Source of the DNA: Callorhinchus milii | Taxonomy: Eukaryota | Assembly: GCF_018977255.1 (NCBI RefSeq) | Contig: NW_024704742.1 | Location: 3,350,001 to 3,414,000 of the forward strand | Length of the DNA: 64,000 nucleotides | Reading direction: 5' to 3' | In this document: one piece after another, positions 52,114 to 64,000 of the stretch | How positions within the stretch are numbered: position 1 is the stretch's first letter | How the letters are laid out: each line of letters begins with the position of its first letter | The notes under the pieces: model-generated | What the model was told of the DNA's origin: nothing | Database searches by the model: none | The model's input: the letters and a program-made list of their open reading frames with translations, nothing else | Translations under genes and position numbers: made by a program

Positions 52114-52256
52114 TTGCAGGTGTTATTGACTGACTCTTCGGGGCAATGATGATGACAGTGACACCAGAGGTCCTTCTGAGGAGGAGTAGACATGGTGCTG
52201 TCATCCGATTCCATCTTGTTCTCTACGCTCAGCTTCCCGGTACTTCGCAGCAGCAT
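52114..52256 (-). CDS. bmpr1b: bmpr1b first coding exon in window (ATG at 52256; exon begins at 52273)
   Basis: ttcag|CTAATCGCCTTGACAAC ATG...TGC AA|gtaagt; [47 protein letters not shown], matching BMPR1B MLLRS.GKL...C.CHHHCPEDSVNN.C; missed by the ORF track. Confidence 0.93.
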
Positions 52257-55200
52257 GTTGTCAAGGCGATTAGCTGAAAGAAACGATGAGTTTGCACATA
52301 AACATCGCAGGTGGTGAATAACATCACAACATTAGCTTTTGATTGAGTTGCCTTACCGTGATGTAACGTCTGAAAACAAATCACGCAATGAGTTACTCTG
52401 AATGCCAGTCAGCAGGCAGGGGTGACTTTTAATTTGCACCATTTACGTCCCACAGACAGTAAAACAAAATTAATAATCATATTATAATAATCCTTGTATT
52501 TGATATGGCTCCATTCACTTCTATCTCTGGGATTTCCTCTACCTCTAGGATTTCCACGTGTAGGTGGGATGTCAGGTATGGAACAAAAATAATAATAATC
52601 CTTGCATTTGATTTAGCACAAATCACCATCGGAGTCTGAATCTCGAGAGGGTTGGAGAGAGGGAGGAAGCAGGAAGGGAATCTCCGTAGAAATAAGTGGA
52701 ACACATCAAAGTGCTCACGAGCGAAGAAACTTCTTATACAACCTTCTGAGCAGGACGGGAAGGATTGTAAGCTCCGGTCAGTTCTGAAATGCAACACCCT
52801 GCTCACATACCGGCAGTCTGCAGAATCATAGTCAATCGATGAAGAACTGAACCTGAGCTCAGTGAAACGAGAGCCAGGCCTGATCCGTGGCCTGACTCCT
52901 CAGTATGACTGGGTCACAGGAGGCACCACTGACAAACATACTGTCACTGACATCTGCCAAGTAAAACAGCACGTTTCAATGCAAAATCCTGCGCAGCTCT
53001 TCAAATGAAACAACGGGAAGTGAATCCTGACCACAGAGAGCAGGGTCCGTGCGGGTTGTTGAACTCCTTTGCTCGTGCCAAAAGCTCATTATGGTTTGAA
53101 AACCCTCAACGTGTCCACTCACCCTCTGTAAAAAGGGGACAAAAGCATTCGCTGTAACGACAGGGAAAGGCAGTAGGCCGTGTTGGCAAGGTGCCCAGCT
53201 CAGTAAAGGCATCCTTTACATTTCAGATTGGTCGGAGATTCAAGGGGTAGAAATATCCACCTGGGTCGAGGTCAGTTACTTAGACAGCCTTTCAGAGCAT
53301 CCAGAAATTCGCAAACTTGTGAATTCAGTCTGGAAGTTGAAATTCGTTTTCGGTTCCTCGTGAAAGAAACTTACATAAAAGATGTTGTTATACCCCACTG
53401 GTCAGCAGACTTCCAACCATTCTGCTTCAGCTGTGTGGAGCTCAATCCCAGATTCCCCTCTGCTTCCCTCCCTCCCTCCCCATAAAGCTCACCTTAAGAC
53501 CTATCCTTTTGACCGTTGATGCTCCCTTGCTATCAGCACGTGAGCAATTCTCTGAAGTTCCCACCTGAAACGTGCCCGGCTTGTTATTCTAGACGTGCTC
53601 GGTTACAATTCCAGCAGGCAGCAATAATTGGGACGAACGCGTGGAGCCAAAGCTGGACATTCCTTCACTTCCTGTGCAAAGGGCCCAGGGCTGATCTTGC
53701 GCTGCAGCTGAGCCTCAATAATAAAAGGCACTGAGACTGAACCAGGTCCACCACCGGCTGCTTCTTCTTCAGTCCTAACTGGACTCCAGTGCCAAGCCCT
53801 GGAGCGTAACAATTGGCTTTAACAACTGGGTTTAACAAGCTCCTTTGCTTGTGCAGAACCCACCGAATTTATAAGCCACAGTAAATACATACGTTCCCCC
53901 CCACCCACAGTCCAGGAACCTTGGCTAACCCTTAACCAGATTTGCCCGCCATCTAACCCAGTGGTAGCGGAAGTGGGGGGGGTGAGTGAGGGGGGTAAAC
54001 AGCCAGAAGCAAAGACGGCTGAAGGCATGTTTCTTTACTCCATACGCCTCTGTTTATCCAGCAGTAAGCAGGAACCCGGTTGTTAGTCGGTCAACCCGTG
54101 GATCGCTTTCTCAATGGTAATAATCCCTTCAAAAAATAAATTAATAATTTGGTCATTATGGTTTGTGGGGACGCTGCCGTGCGCAATTGGCTGCTGTGTT
54201 TTGCCCACAAAATATACAGTCATTTCACTTTACAGTATGTTCTGCGAAGCGCTTTGAGACGACTCGAAGACATAATAAGATGTTTATATTGTATCATATA
54301 AATATATTATATCAAATGCAAAGATTATGATTGGTATTATCATCTATGGGACCCACTTCTGCTCCGTTATTTGGCCAATCTTCAAGTGAAATAGATTGGC
54401 GTTTGTGTATTTCATTACTGGGGGAGGATACGTGGAATGTGCAAAGAAGGCTCACGTGCCTTGAACATCTGGGTGCACGAGGCAATTCAAATTGATGCCC
54501 TTGGAAAAAAAAATAGAATGGGAAGCAAAAGGATTTGCTTGGATACGAGTCCCTGCAGGGAAGAGGCTAAACTCTGTGGGGAAGAGATAAAGCAGACCCA
54601 GTGTATGTATAAATTCATATAGAACACTAAATCACACGGCTGGCATTTAAGATAATGCTGATATCTGTGCTCAATCACTGCAGCTTAATATGAATATCAT
54701 TCACTTTGCGCTCTGTCTGATCTCTTCTTTCCAGTGAACTCTTTGATCTCACGGAACTCCACAGTTATGTTTGATCTTATTTTCTTTAATGTTCGGGCCT
54801 GAACTAATTAATGATAGCAAGGGAGAGAGCACTATTTTAAACAAAGTCAGCGAGGAGAACAAAGAGCTAGTATTCAGTTTCCTGCTGTAACTCAATGTTC
54901 TGCCGATGCTCATAAACTCCCTACGTTTTCCTGCTGTGGTTTATGACTCAACACTTGACATCCACTGAGTACTTGCCACTTCTCTTACCTGACTTCTTCA
55001 ATCAGCTGTTGGTTCTCTTGGAGACTATTACAGTTTGCCGTTTGGGAGGGGAAAAAAAATGTGCTTTTTAAATATGGGGTTGGGGACGGCAATGCTCAAT
55101 GGAAATCAAAACACAGGATGCGAACAAGCAATGATTTCCGTGGCAATAGAAAGAAAAATATAGGCTTTTGCTTACCGATACACAGTCACTACACTTTACA

Positions 55201-58200
55201 GTAAATGCGTTTATAAGGCATGTAGGCTGATGATGTTTTGGAGTGTTGTACAACGGTGGGGTTCGGACACAGAGTGAGGGACGAGGGAGAGAGGGGAAAG
55301 AGTGGGTTGGAGTGTGTGGCTTTGGGCTTGGTTGAAGAGGTGGGTTTTAAGGCAGAACTTTAAAGAGTGATAGAGGAGCTAAATGGAGGAAGGGACGATC
55401 GAGAGGTTAGGTGCAGAGAATGTGAAATTTTGACCACGGATGTGGCTAAGAGAAGGCACAGGATGGAGCAAGGCGGAAGGGCCAAGCAGAGAAGTGAAGT
55501 GGGGCAGTTCCGAAAAATAGAATCATAGAACTATACAGCGCAGAAGGAGGCCATTCGGCCCATCGTGTCTGTGCCAGCTCTATGAAAAGAGCTATCCAAA
55601 TCAATCCCACTCCCCCGCGCTCTCCCCATAGCCCTGCAAACTTGTCCTCCCCCAAATAATGATCTACTTGTCTCTTAAAAGCTGTTATCGACTCGGCTTC
55701 CACCGCCCTTTCAGGCAACGCTTTCCAGATCCCAACAACTCGCTGCGTGTAAACATTTCTCCTCACCTCCCCTCTGTTTCTTTTAACGAGTATTTTAATA
55801 AGGAGGGATAAGTCATGAAAGGATTTACAGGTGAGGGCGAGGACTTGAAATTGATTTGCTGGGAGAGAGCGGAGCTTGGGGAGGTTGGGTTCACCTGTAG
55901 GCTGGTGAGGATGTGGGTAGCGGTGGAGTTAAGGAGACCGGGGAGGACTACATTAGAAAAGGCGCTAGCCCACCAACATTACCCCTCCAAAGTGTTCTGC
56001 TGACATCGAAAGAAACTATTTTACTGTTATCCTATTTGGTGAGTATGTTCTGTCGTTGAATATGTTCTACAGGTCTAACGAAATATATTTGTGCATTATA
56101 TTACACGTTGTAAAACTCCCTCAGATAAAAATAGTCATTTACAACAACAACACCACCAACAAATTACATTTATAGAGTGCCTTTCACGTCGGGAGGACGT
56201 CCCAAAGCGCTGAATATTCATGTTACATTGCTGTGCATGAATTGACTGCTATGTTAGTCTACATAAAATAGTCACTGCACTTTACAGTAAAAACCTGGGA
56301 AGTGCTTTAAGGCGGGCTCCTGATGTGAAGACCTTGGGCAAAGCCTAGTGTTTGGGTTTGAGAGGATGCTGATTTAATGCACTTATTATTTCTGGCGCAT
56401 TCTGGCAGTAAAACTCAGTCCAGTGTACGTAAGCGAAGGTGTTATCACAGAGAAAGCTGTTCCAAGAAACAAGTACATTGAGTTCTGCCAGTTTCCTTCA
56501 GACCTCCCGTGAAGACAAGTCAACAGCACAGGGGCGCATATCTAGTCCATTCTCCGGTATTAAGCTCCGAGCCCAGGCATCGTGAATGGTGCTGTCAAGG
56601 CGCTCTTCTGAGGTTCAAGCTGTGTCCTGCCTTGCCCAGCCCATCACTGCAGCTCCCCACCACCGCACCCCCGATCTGTGCTCTGCACAAGGGGCGGAAA
56701 AAAAAATCCCCAGCACAACATTTCGACGGCTTAAGGAATTCCAAGAATTTACCTTTTCCTTCCAAAAGTCTCCTTGCTTTTTATGACCGAGTTGATTTTG
56801 GTGCTTGTTAAAACAAGAAGGGGGAAGGGGGTGGGTGCGGGTGAACAGTCGCCAACACTGACTTGTGTGTGTAGGTTTGTGCTTTGTGAGGTTCTCCTGA
56901 CCTGAAAGGCGTTCTCTGAAAACGTACATGTGCAATTTGTTGTTTTGTAAATGGGGATAGGGGTCATTAAAACATTACATATTCCCTTTAAAAAAAAGTT
57001 ATAATTTGCTCACGACTGCTTGCGGGGACGCTGCTGTGCGCATTTGGCTGCCGCGTTTTGCCCACAAAACATACAGTCGATTCACTTTACAGTACATTCC
57101 CCGATAGAGCTTCGAGACGTCTCGAAGACGTGAAAAGGCGCTATATCAAATGGAAGGATTATTATTATTATTATTATTATGATACATTTGATATTAAATG
57201 CCTGGAAAAGAGCGTGAAAGTGCATTGCTAAATCAAAGCTACTCTCTTTAGACTGTTCAGTAAGTTTAAGCTTACACGTCTTGCTCTAACTTGCCATGTG
57301 TCCAGCATCCTGTTGACTCTTGGGCGATGGTTTTTTTTGTTGACAGGAGTCATGTGAGCGTTGATAGAGTTTCTCTGGACTAGGAGAGAACCCAGAGCTC
57401 CTGGCAGGGTTAATCCTGCACCTGTGAACTGTTATTGAGCGGTGTTAGAAACAAAAGCCTCGCAGACGTCGCTTAATGCGACTCAGCTGCTCTCTGAACA
57501 GTCCTTGTCGGAATCCCTTTGATAGCAGGCCGACGAGAAATTAATTTCAGTCCGACGGGTCTGTTGGAGACTGTTAAATTTAGGCGCAAGAGGAAATAAG
57601 GAGAACGGAAGAGAGAAAAGAGTTCGCTATTTAACCCACACCGAATTCTGCGTTCAGTAAGTGGCATGGTGTAGAGAGAAGGCTGCAGTTCAATGGATGG
57701 GGTTCAGATAACCATGGCATTTAATGGACCTTTTGGTAAATATTTCCATTCAGAGTTCCGCGGAGCTCTTTTGGCGATGGGAAATCTCCCCAGAAAAGCA
57801 ATGGACATAATGAGGAACGGAATTCTTATCCCCAAGTGAAGAACCCATTGACCAGGAACGACATGCATTCTCTAACGACCCTGGTTTCGAAAGGGCCCTA
57901 ATGGTCAAGGGACACATTCCAGGTGACAACGTTGTCTGTGGAGAGTTTCGCCACAATTCTGTGCATTTAATACAATGTCGATAAAGTGCTACTTGTTGTC
58001 AGCCGTACTGACTGCGCTTATAGCAAAAATGACAGTCGTTTTGTAACAACACAAAGTGAATGCAAAATTTAATCTGGAGGATAGTTAGCCAGGACACTGG
58101 AAGAAACGCTCTTCTAAGAGTGCATTGCGATTCTTAACATCCATCTGAAGAATAAGCAGAAAAGGAACTCGGTTCCCTAAATACTCCGCAAGAGTGTCAG

Positions 58201-58897
58201 CCAAGAGTATGAGCTCAAGTACCAATGATGGGCTCTATTCCATTACTTTTAGACCCAGAGGCAAGAGTAGGACCAGCTGAGCCAAGCTGCTGCCTGCAAA
58301 ATTACTGTAGTCACTAAAGGAACATATCATGCGAGTGACGGGAAGGTAGGGTAAAGGAATTATTTTTGAATTGCTTAACCACGATTAGAAAGGGAGTCCA
58401 GGGCAGAGTAGTCGCAAAGCATGGGGCAGGGGAGGAGGTAAAGGAACACAATCAATACCTTTCACGGCACATAGCAGGGCCCAGGGGCGAGTGATCTTCG
58501 CAAACCACAAGTGCTCATTCATTCATTGCGAATTCTGGTCCGTGAACATTGGCTAATTGCGGATTTCGCGAGCAAACAGCTTCCGACCTTCCAGCACCGT
58601 GAGCTTCGATTTAATGCAACAAATCCCAACGCTGACCATTGCAAGTTAGAAGTCAACATGAAATAAAATGTTCACGGGCAAGGCACTTTGAAATTCTTTG
58701 CAGCTTGACTGAAGCAGTAACCGCAAATAGATTGTTTTCTGAGTCGTAAAGGGGAGTGCCTTGATGAAAGAGAAAGCCGCAACTTCAATTAGCCCACACC
58801 CCACAAGGTCAGTGCGGGGGGGGGGGGGGGTTATTGTCGTTTATCAATCTTTTAGAATCTTGTCACATCCAAACTTTCAATTATCTGAAATTATAGA

Positions 58898-59200
58898 TAA
58901 TAATAATAATTATTCTTGCATTTGACAGAGCCTTATCACGTCGTTGAGACGTCTCGAAGGTCTTCACAGAATATATTGTAAAGTGTAGTGACTGTGTACT
59001 TTGTGGATGAAACGCGGCAGCCAATTGCGCACAGCAGCGTCTCCACAAGCAGTCGTGGAATGAATGACCAAATTTTAATTGTGGGACGGGTGGGGGAGAG
59101 GTAGGAGGGTTATTACCACAGGAAAGCGATCCACCAATTGACTAACAACCGACTACTTACTGCTCGGTAAACAGAGGCGTGTGGAGTAAGGAAACTTGCC
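58898..59200 (-). mobile_element. family A SINE; other partial copies at about 5595(-), 6815(+), 10840(+), 12505(-), 12905(+), 17765(-), 21160(+), 22400(+), 22810(+), 24995(+, head), 30810(-, head), 34335(+), 39120(-), 54025(+), 57005(+), 61205(+), 62900(+), 63200(-)
   Basis: recurrent motif aataataatccttgcatttgatatagcgccttatcacgtcttcgagacgtctcaaagcgcttcaca and its reverse complement. Confidence 0.85.
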
Positions 59201-59525
59201 TACGTTGGACGAGGAACACTCTTTAACATATTAAATTGAAGCCTTCACAAACATTAGGATGAATTTACATATCAGAAAGAAATAACAAGGTCTACTTCAA
59301 CAAAAATCTTTTCTAATACGCTTCAGGAAACAGTGGTTCAAGTATTTAACAGGTTACTCATAGTTACACACTTACAAGACCGACACAAAGCATAGCACTT
59401 AACAATATAAAGGTATTTGCAAAGTTTACACAAGTGATTCCGTAAGCATGAAATGTTTTGTACAGTATTTGAGCCCCTAAGTAAATACTTTATTTACCAG
59501 ATCCCAAGAGTGATAATAATAATTC

Positions 59526-59526
59526 N
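59526..59526. other. single ambiguous base (N), possible contig join
   Basis: aattcNtttt. Confidence 0.9.
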
Positions 59527-62500
59527 TTTTTTTAACCAAAACACCTAATCACATTGTCAACACATCTCAAAATGCTTGAACGGATTTAGTGTAAAGTGTA
59601 ACGACTGCGTATTTGTAGGCAAATGTGTCACACTTTCACCCCACAGAATATCCAGATAACCTGGTACATAACCGCCTGTGCCTATCACTGGGAAGCACTC
59701 GATAACAGAAGAAATTCCATCTGGGTCTAGTTATGCTCTAATTTCTTAGCATTTAACAGTGCCTGTAGTTTGGCAAATTTCTTCAATTCTGCCTTAATTT
59801 TGCAGCCGGTTTACTCTAAGTTTCTTTTAAGAACTGCTGAACCAATTTCACTGTTAAGAATAAATTCAACAGTCTGCCAAGCTCTAAATGGTATAAAGTG
59901 CTAAATAGAATAAGTCTAGACTAAGGCGGGATTTCTATTCATAGTCTCTTACAAGGTTGGCTTCATGCTTCCTGCCTCCAACGGCACAGTTCTAGTTGAG
60001 GACTCACCACGGTGGAGACATCGAAACCAGTGTGTGCCTTCAGTATACTGCGCCGCAGTAAAGATCGAGGGCCTATCTTATAGCCTGAGATCTTTTCAAA
60101 ATTCCTGGCAGAAACCACAGCTTAAAAGGTCAAATGTCATCGTAATCAAATGCTTTGCAATCTTTGTTGTTTGGCAGATGGGTTAAGGTCTTGCGTCCCA
60201 TTCACGTGGCAACGCAAGGAGGCAACGCCACGACAATGTGTTTCTATCGCGACGTGGGGTCACTGTATTGGCTACTTATATAAACAAGCAAAGAAATGCT
60301 TGTCTAACAAGCCTTTTCCTCCGTCACGAGAACAATGGGAACTGTTCATCAATCTGCTCGAGGGCTACAACGCCGAACCCAGGAGACTGACAGAAAACAA
60401 TTTTAGAATAGTTTACACGGACAGCGCCCCACACCCAAAACAAAACATTTACCAACAATCCAGTAGGAATGCGTGTGCTAATCTAAGTTTGAGCCGGTTG
60501 CACTGTTTTCTTTCATTTTGTACCAAAGCAGTCCTTGAAGTTCCCACATCCCGCAGGGACTCCGGCAAGGGGCAAAACGAAACGGTGCTGGAAATTTGCT
60601 CTGCGTAAATGTCAACGCTCCACCCTCATCTGGGCCAACCCCCACCCACTGTGCACTTAGAAACAACTTGAGAGGGAAAGGGTGCAAGTGGCCTGGGAGA
60701 GTGACGTTCGTTCGGTGTGAAGTAACCGTGAGTAACGGCCAGCTAGGAAGTAGCCCATAATTAGTCATTGTCTACTAAAATACCCCAAGTAGCACCGTTC
60801 TTCGGGTGAGACATGAAAGCCTTCCACCGTCTTGGCAATCACATGCCATGCCGTGTCCCAAAACTATATATTGTATCCCGAGATAATAACAAATTGTTGA
60901 TATGTCTCAAAGTGCTTTACAAGATTTTCCACTGTTAAAACCTGCGAAACCAAAGCCCTAAAGGGTGGGGTGGTCCTAGCTGGACAAGCCGTGGGAAAGC
61001 TTTCCAGACAGTGCTTTCAATATCAAGCTCGGCTGCTTTAGCGGGTTAAGTCCAGCAGACTCTGGGGTCACCAAGCCTTGGCTCTTACCAATCTGAGTCT
61101 AATATTCTCTGGAATTAGATAAACGCTCTCCAAGGAGAGAATTCATATCATCCTTACAGCATGGTCCCTTGATGTCTCTTCATATCTGTGGAAGTGCACC
61201 ACACAAGCAGGGCGAAACCTTGGGCAAGTTTCTTTACTCCACACGCCTAATAATAATCCCTCCAAAACAGTAACAAATTGGTTATTTTCAATCCACGGCT
61301 GTTTGTGGGCACGCTGCTGTGCGCAATTGGCTGCCGCGTTTCGCCCACAAATATACGGTCGATTCACTTTACAGCATATTCTGTGAAGCGCTTTGAGACG
61401 TCGAGAAGACGTGAAAAGCGCTATATCAAATGCAAAGATTATTATTATTATTATTATATTCTGTTCTAATAAATTCCTCAGGAATTTTCATGTGAAGATG
61501 GGATGCACGTTATTGTCCGTTTGATTTGGGTACTCTTAAGCAAGGCGATGGGTTTCTGCAATGATCAAAATAAATCTAGTAGCAAGCTTCACCAATAAAA
61601 AATAACATCAATGGGGTGCTTATAGTAACAATAGAACATAATCCACATGGCTACTTCCATATTATGATGATTCAGAAGCCTATTACATTCAATACTTTAT
61701 ATTTTATCCATCAGGGATAACCCAAATGAGCAAAGCATATTGAACCACAGCTCATAGTTGCATCGACAAGCTACAATTTAATTATGTTAAACTGAGAAAG
61801 TTTACAAATACTGTGCAAAGGGTTGCCTCCTGTCCCCAAATTCAACATACTTAGCTCCCCGAAAAGGCAGTGCAAAGTACACGTTGCTTCACTTCAATTT
61901 AAGAACTCATGGTCCCTTGCAAATGCTGGTACTTGTCCAAGGTACGGTAAATGGTGTATGGGAGGGAAGAGGGGAGAATGTGCTTTCATACTTCCTTCTG
62001 GTTGAATTATCAGTTCCTAGAAACATTGTGTTCTGTTGTAAACTGCACTTTCAGATATTTATACAGTACACACACAACGAACTGTCTGGCGAGATGTTCC
62101 TTGCCAAACAGCAGATTTAGTGCCTAATCACTTGGCTTCGAGCATGACCTTGTTTGACAAGGCTTATTTTTGATTATTGGTTGAGCCACACATCCAGCTG
62201 CAGTGCAGATCCAGCTACAATACAAGCTCTGGCTGAGTGAGAGCCTTTCGCTCAGACCCTCAGCTCTAGGCAGAGGCAAATCAATACAAAGCAAAGGGAT
62301 CGCAGCATGTTGGGGTTCACTTTCCCCAAATAATACTACGGGAATTAAAAGCCTGGGGTTTACAGGGGCTAAACAGCACTGCACAGACCGCCCTCGGATT
62401 ATATACAATTCTGTCCGTTTTAAACCCGCATCTCAGAAGAGTTTACAGTGCGAGTATCAAGGCCATTAATTACAGCCAGTAATGTCTACAAGATAACACT

Positions 62501-63589
62501 GACTCTAATTTCGTGAAATAGTCAAGTGTAAACATTGCGCTGAAGAGCAATTTATCTAGTTGTTCGAAGATAAACTGTTGGCCGTTTCAATTAACTGGGT
62601 CTGCAGCCATGAGGCTCGGATAAGTGGGAAGAAATGTGTTGATGTTACGCATGGCTTCCTGCGTGGAGTTAGAAAATCTGCGTAGAAATAAATGCCGTGC
62701 AATAGTCTGGCACTTTTGGGACTGATGATGAATGGGAGCATCAATCAATTTTATGCAACAATAGTAGTTTAACAATCACTCTACTGAAAATTGGATTGTC
62801 CTTTGGATAGTTTTTAGTTAATATTCATAGCAATCTGTACTTCATTTGCACAGCACATTTTATTATCCATCGAGTTTGTTTGCCTACACTTGCAGAGTAA
62901 AATCCTGTGAAGTGCTTTGACACATCTTGAAGACATGAGCAATGTCATATCAAACGCAAGGTTTATTATTAATTCGGTGAATGAAGCACACAGCAATTGA
63001 ACTCTGAACACACACACACACACACAGGGTGTTCACTGCTTCAGATTTAACCCAGTCAGTCCTGAGCCCTGAAATTTCCCGTAGTTTTAGCCTCCAGATA
63101 GCATTGTCTTATAATCGAAATACCGCTTGAATTTTGGAAAATTCTTAAATTGAAGGTTAATTGAGAAGCACCCGCTTTATTAAGCTTCAGTAATACTACT
63201 ATAATAATCCTTGCATTCGATAAAGCATCTTATCATGTCGTTGAGGTGTCTCAAAGTACTTCACAGAACATGCTGTAAAGTGTAGTGACTGTGCACATTG
63301 AGGGCGAAACTCGGCAGCCAATTGCGCTTAGCGGTGTCCCCACAAACAGTCGTGGATTGAGTGACCAAATTAGTATTTTTTTTTGGAAGGGTTTATAACC
63401 AATACATTGCAGGACTCCATTCGCTACACTATAGTATGAGCCTCGACTGTGAGTTGAAAGTCCCGACATTGGTCGTAAACCCACAACCTTCTGACTCGGA
63501 GGCAAGAATTCTACCAACCGAGGCAAGGCTGTAGCATTGAGGTACTGCAAAATAACCCGACGCTGAATCTTGAGCACATCTGGGATTTT

Positions 63590-63740
63590 ATTTGCGGGCA
63601 AGCGTGAGAGCCCATCTGCATTCCCATTATTCTGTTCAGTCCCTTTGTAGATTATCTGCGAAAGAATGGAAGCTGTGAAAACCCACACAGCCCCGCCATC
63701 AACTCATTTGGAAGCTGCAGCAGCGGACGCAAATAGTTGT
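63590..63740 (-). mobile_element. Gypsy-type LTR retrotransposon pol remnant (RNase H C-terminus)
   Basis: IIYKGTEQNNGNADGLSRLP matches the Ty3/Gypsy I.Y..G..N.NAD.LSRLP motif; short and isolated. Confidence 0.55.
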
Positions 63741-64000
63741 TAAGCACTGTAGCACCTTGACAATAAATTCCGGCCTTAGATTTACTCTTCTTAACTTAAC
63801 AATTCAGAGCGACCAGAATTTGGCAAGTTCTTAAAATAGACCTCAGTATTTTGGAAGCCATTTTTCGATAAGTTTCCCTTAAGAAGTACAGAAACCCCGG
63901 GTTCAAATTTTAAACTGAATTGACCAATTTCCCAAATTCTGGACACTCCAAAAAATAACAACAATACTAATCCTTACTTTCAGTATTACTGCCTGCCTCT

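Noticed and set aside
56615..56644. ATG GGC TGG (MGW...) on minus as the BMPR1B long-isoform first exon
   Set aside because: Stops after nine codons (MGWARQDTA*), with no hydrophobic core and no donor site

Overview
Vertebrate genomic DNA with no sign of prokaryotic or phage sequence. It is most likely from a cartilaginous fish, probably a chimaera, which I infer from the repeat content and compact introns. The window holds two convergent multi-exon genes. On + are the last 8 coding exons of the netrin receptor unc5c (650-16200; ZU5, UPA and death domains). On - is the complete 10-exon CDS of BMP receptor type 1B (bmpr1b; 52256 down to 27866; 1509 nt, 502 aa). This is the tail-to-tail UNC5C/BMPR1B linkage known from human. 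All exons were located from GT/AG sites and their phases join without stops. Introns and the intergenic spacer are filled with two tRNA-headed Deu-domain SINE families, CR1 and L2 LINE fragments, a Penelope-like end, a Gypsy remnant, microsatellites, and one dispersed ~0.6 kb repeat that I cannot classify. Nearly all ORF-track entries outside the exons are spurious. I found no evidence of a new multi-gene system. The best leads are RNA-level: a long intronic hairpin made by the unclassified repeat, the same repeat apparently supplying a branch point, a degenerate hammerhead ribozyme, tandem in-frame splice donors, a rare GAG acceptor, and apparently ancestral residues in both receptors. Comparisons to human proteins are from memory, repeat boundaries are approximate, and no searches were run.
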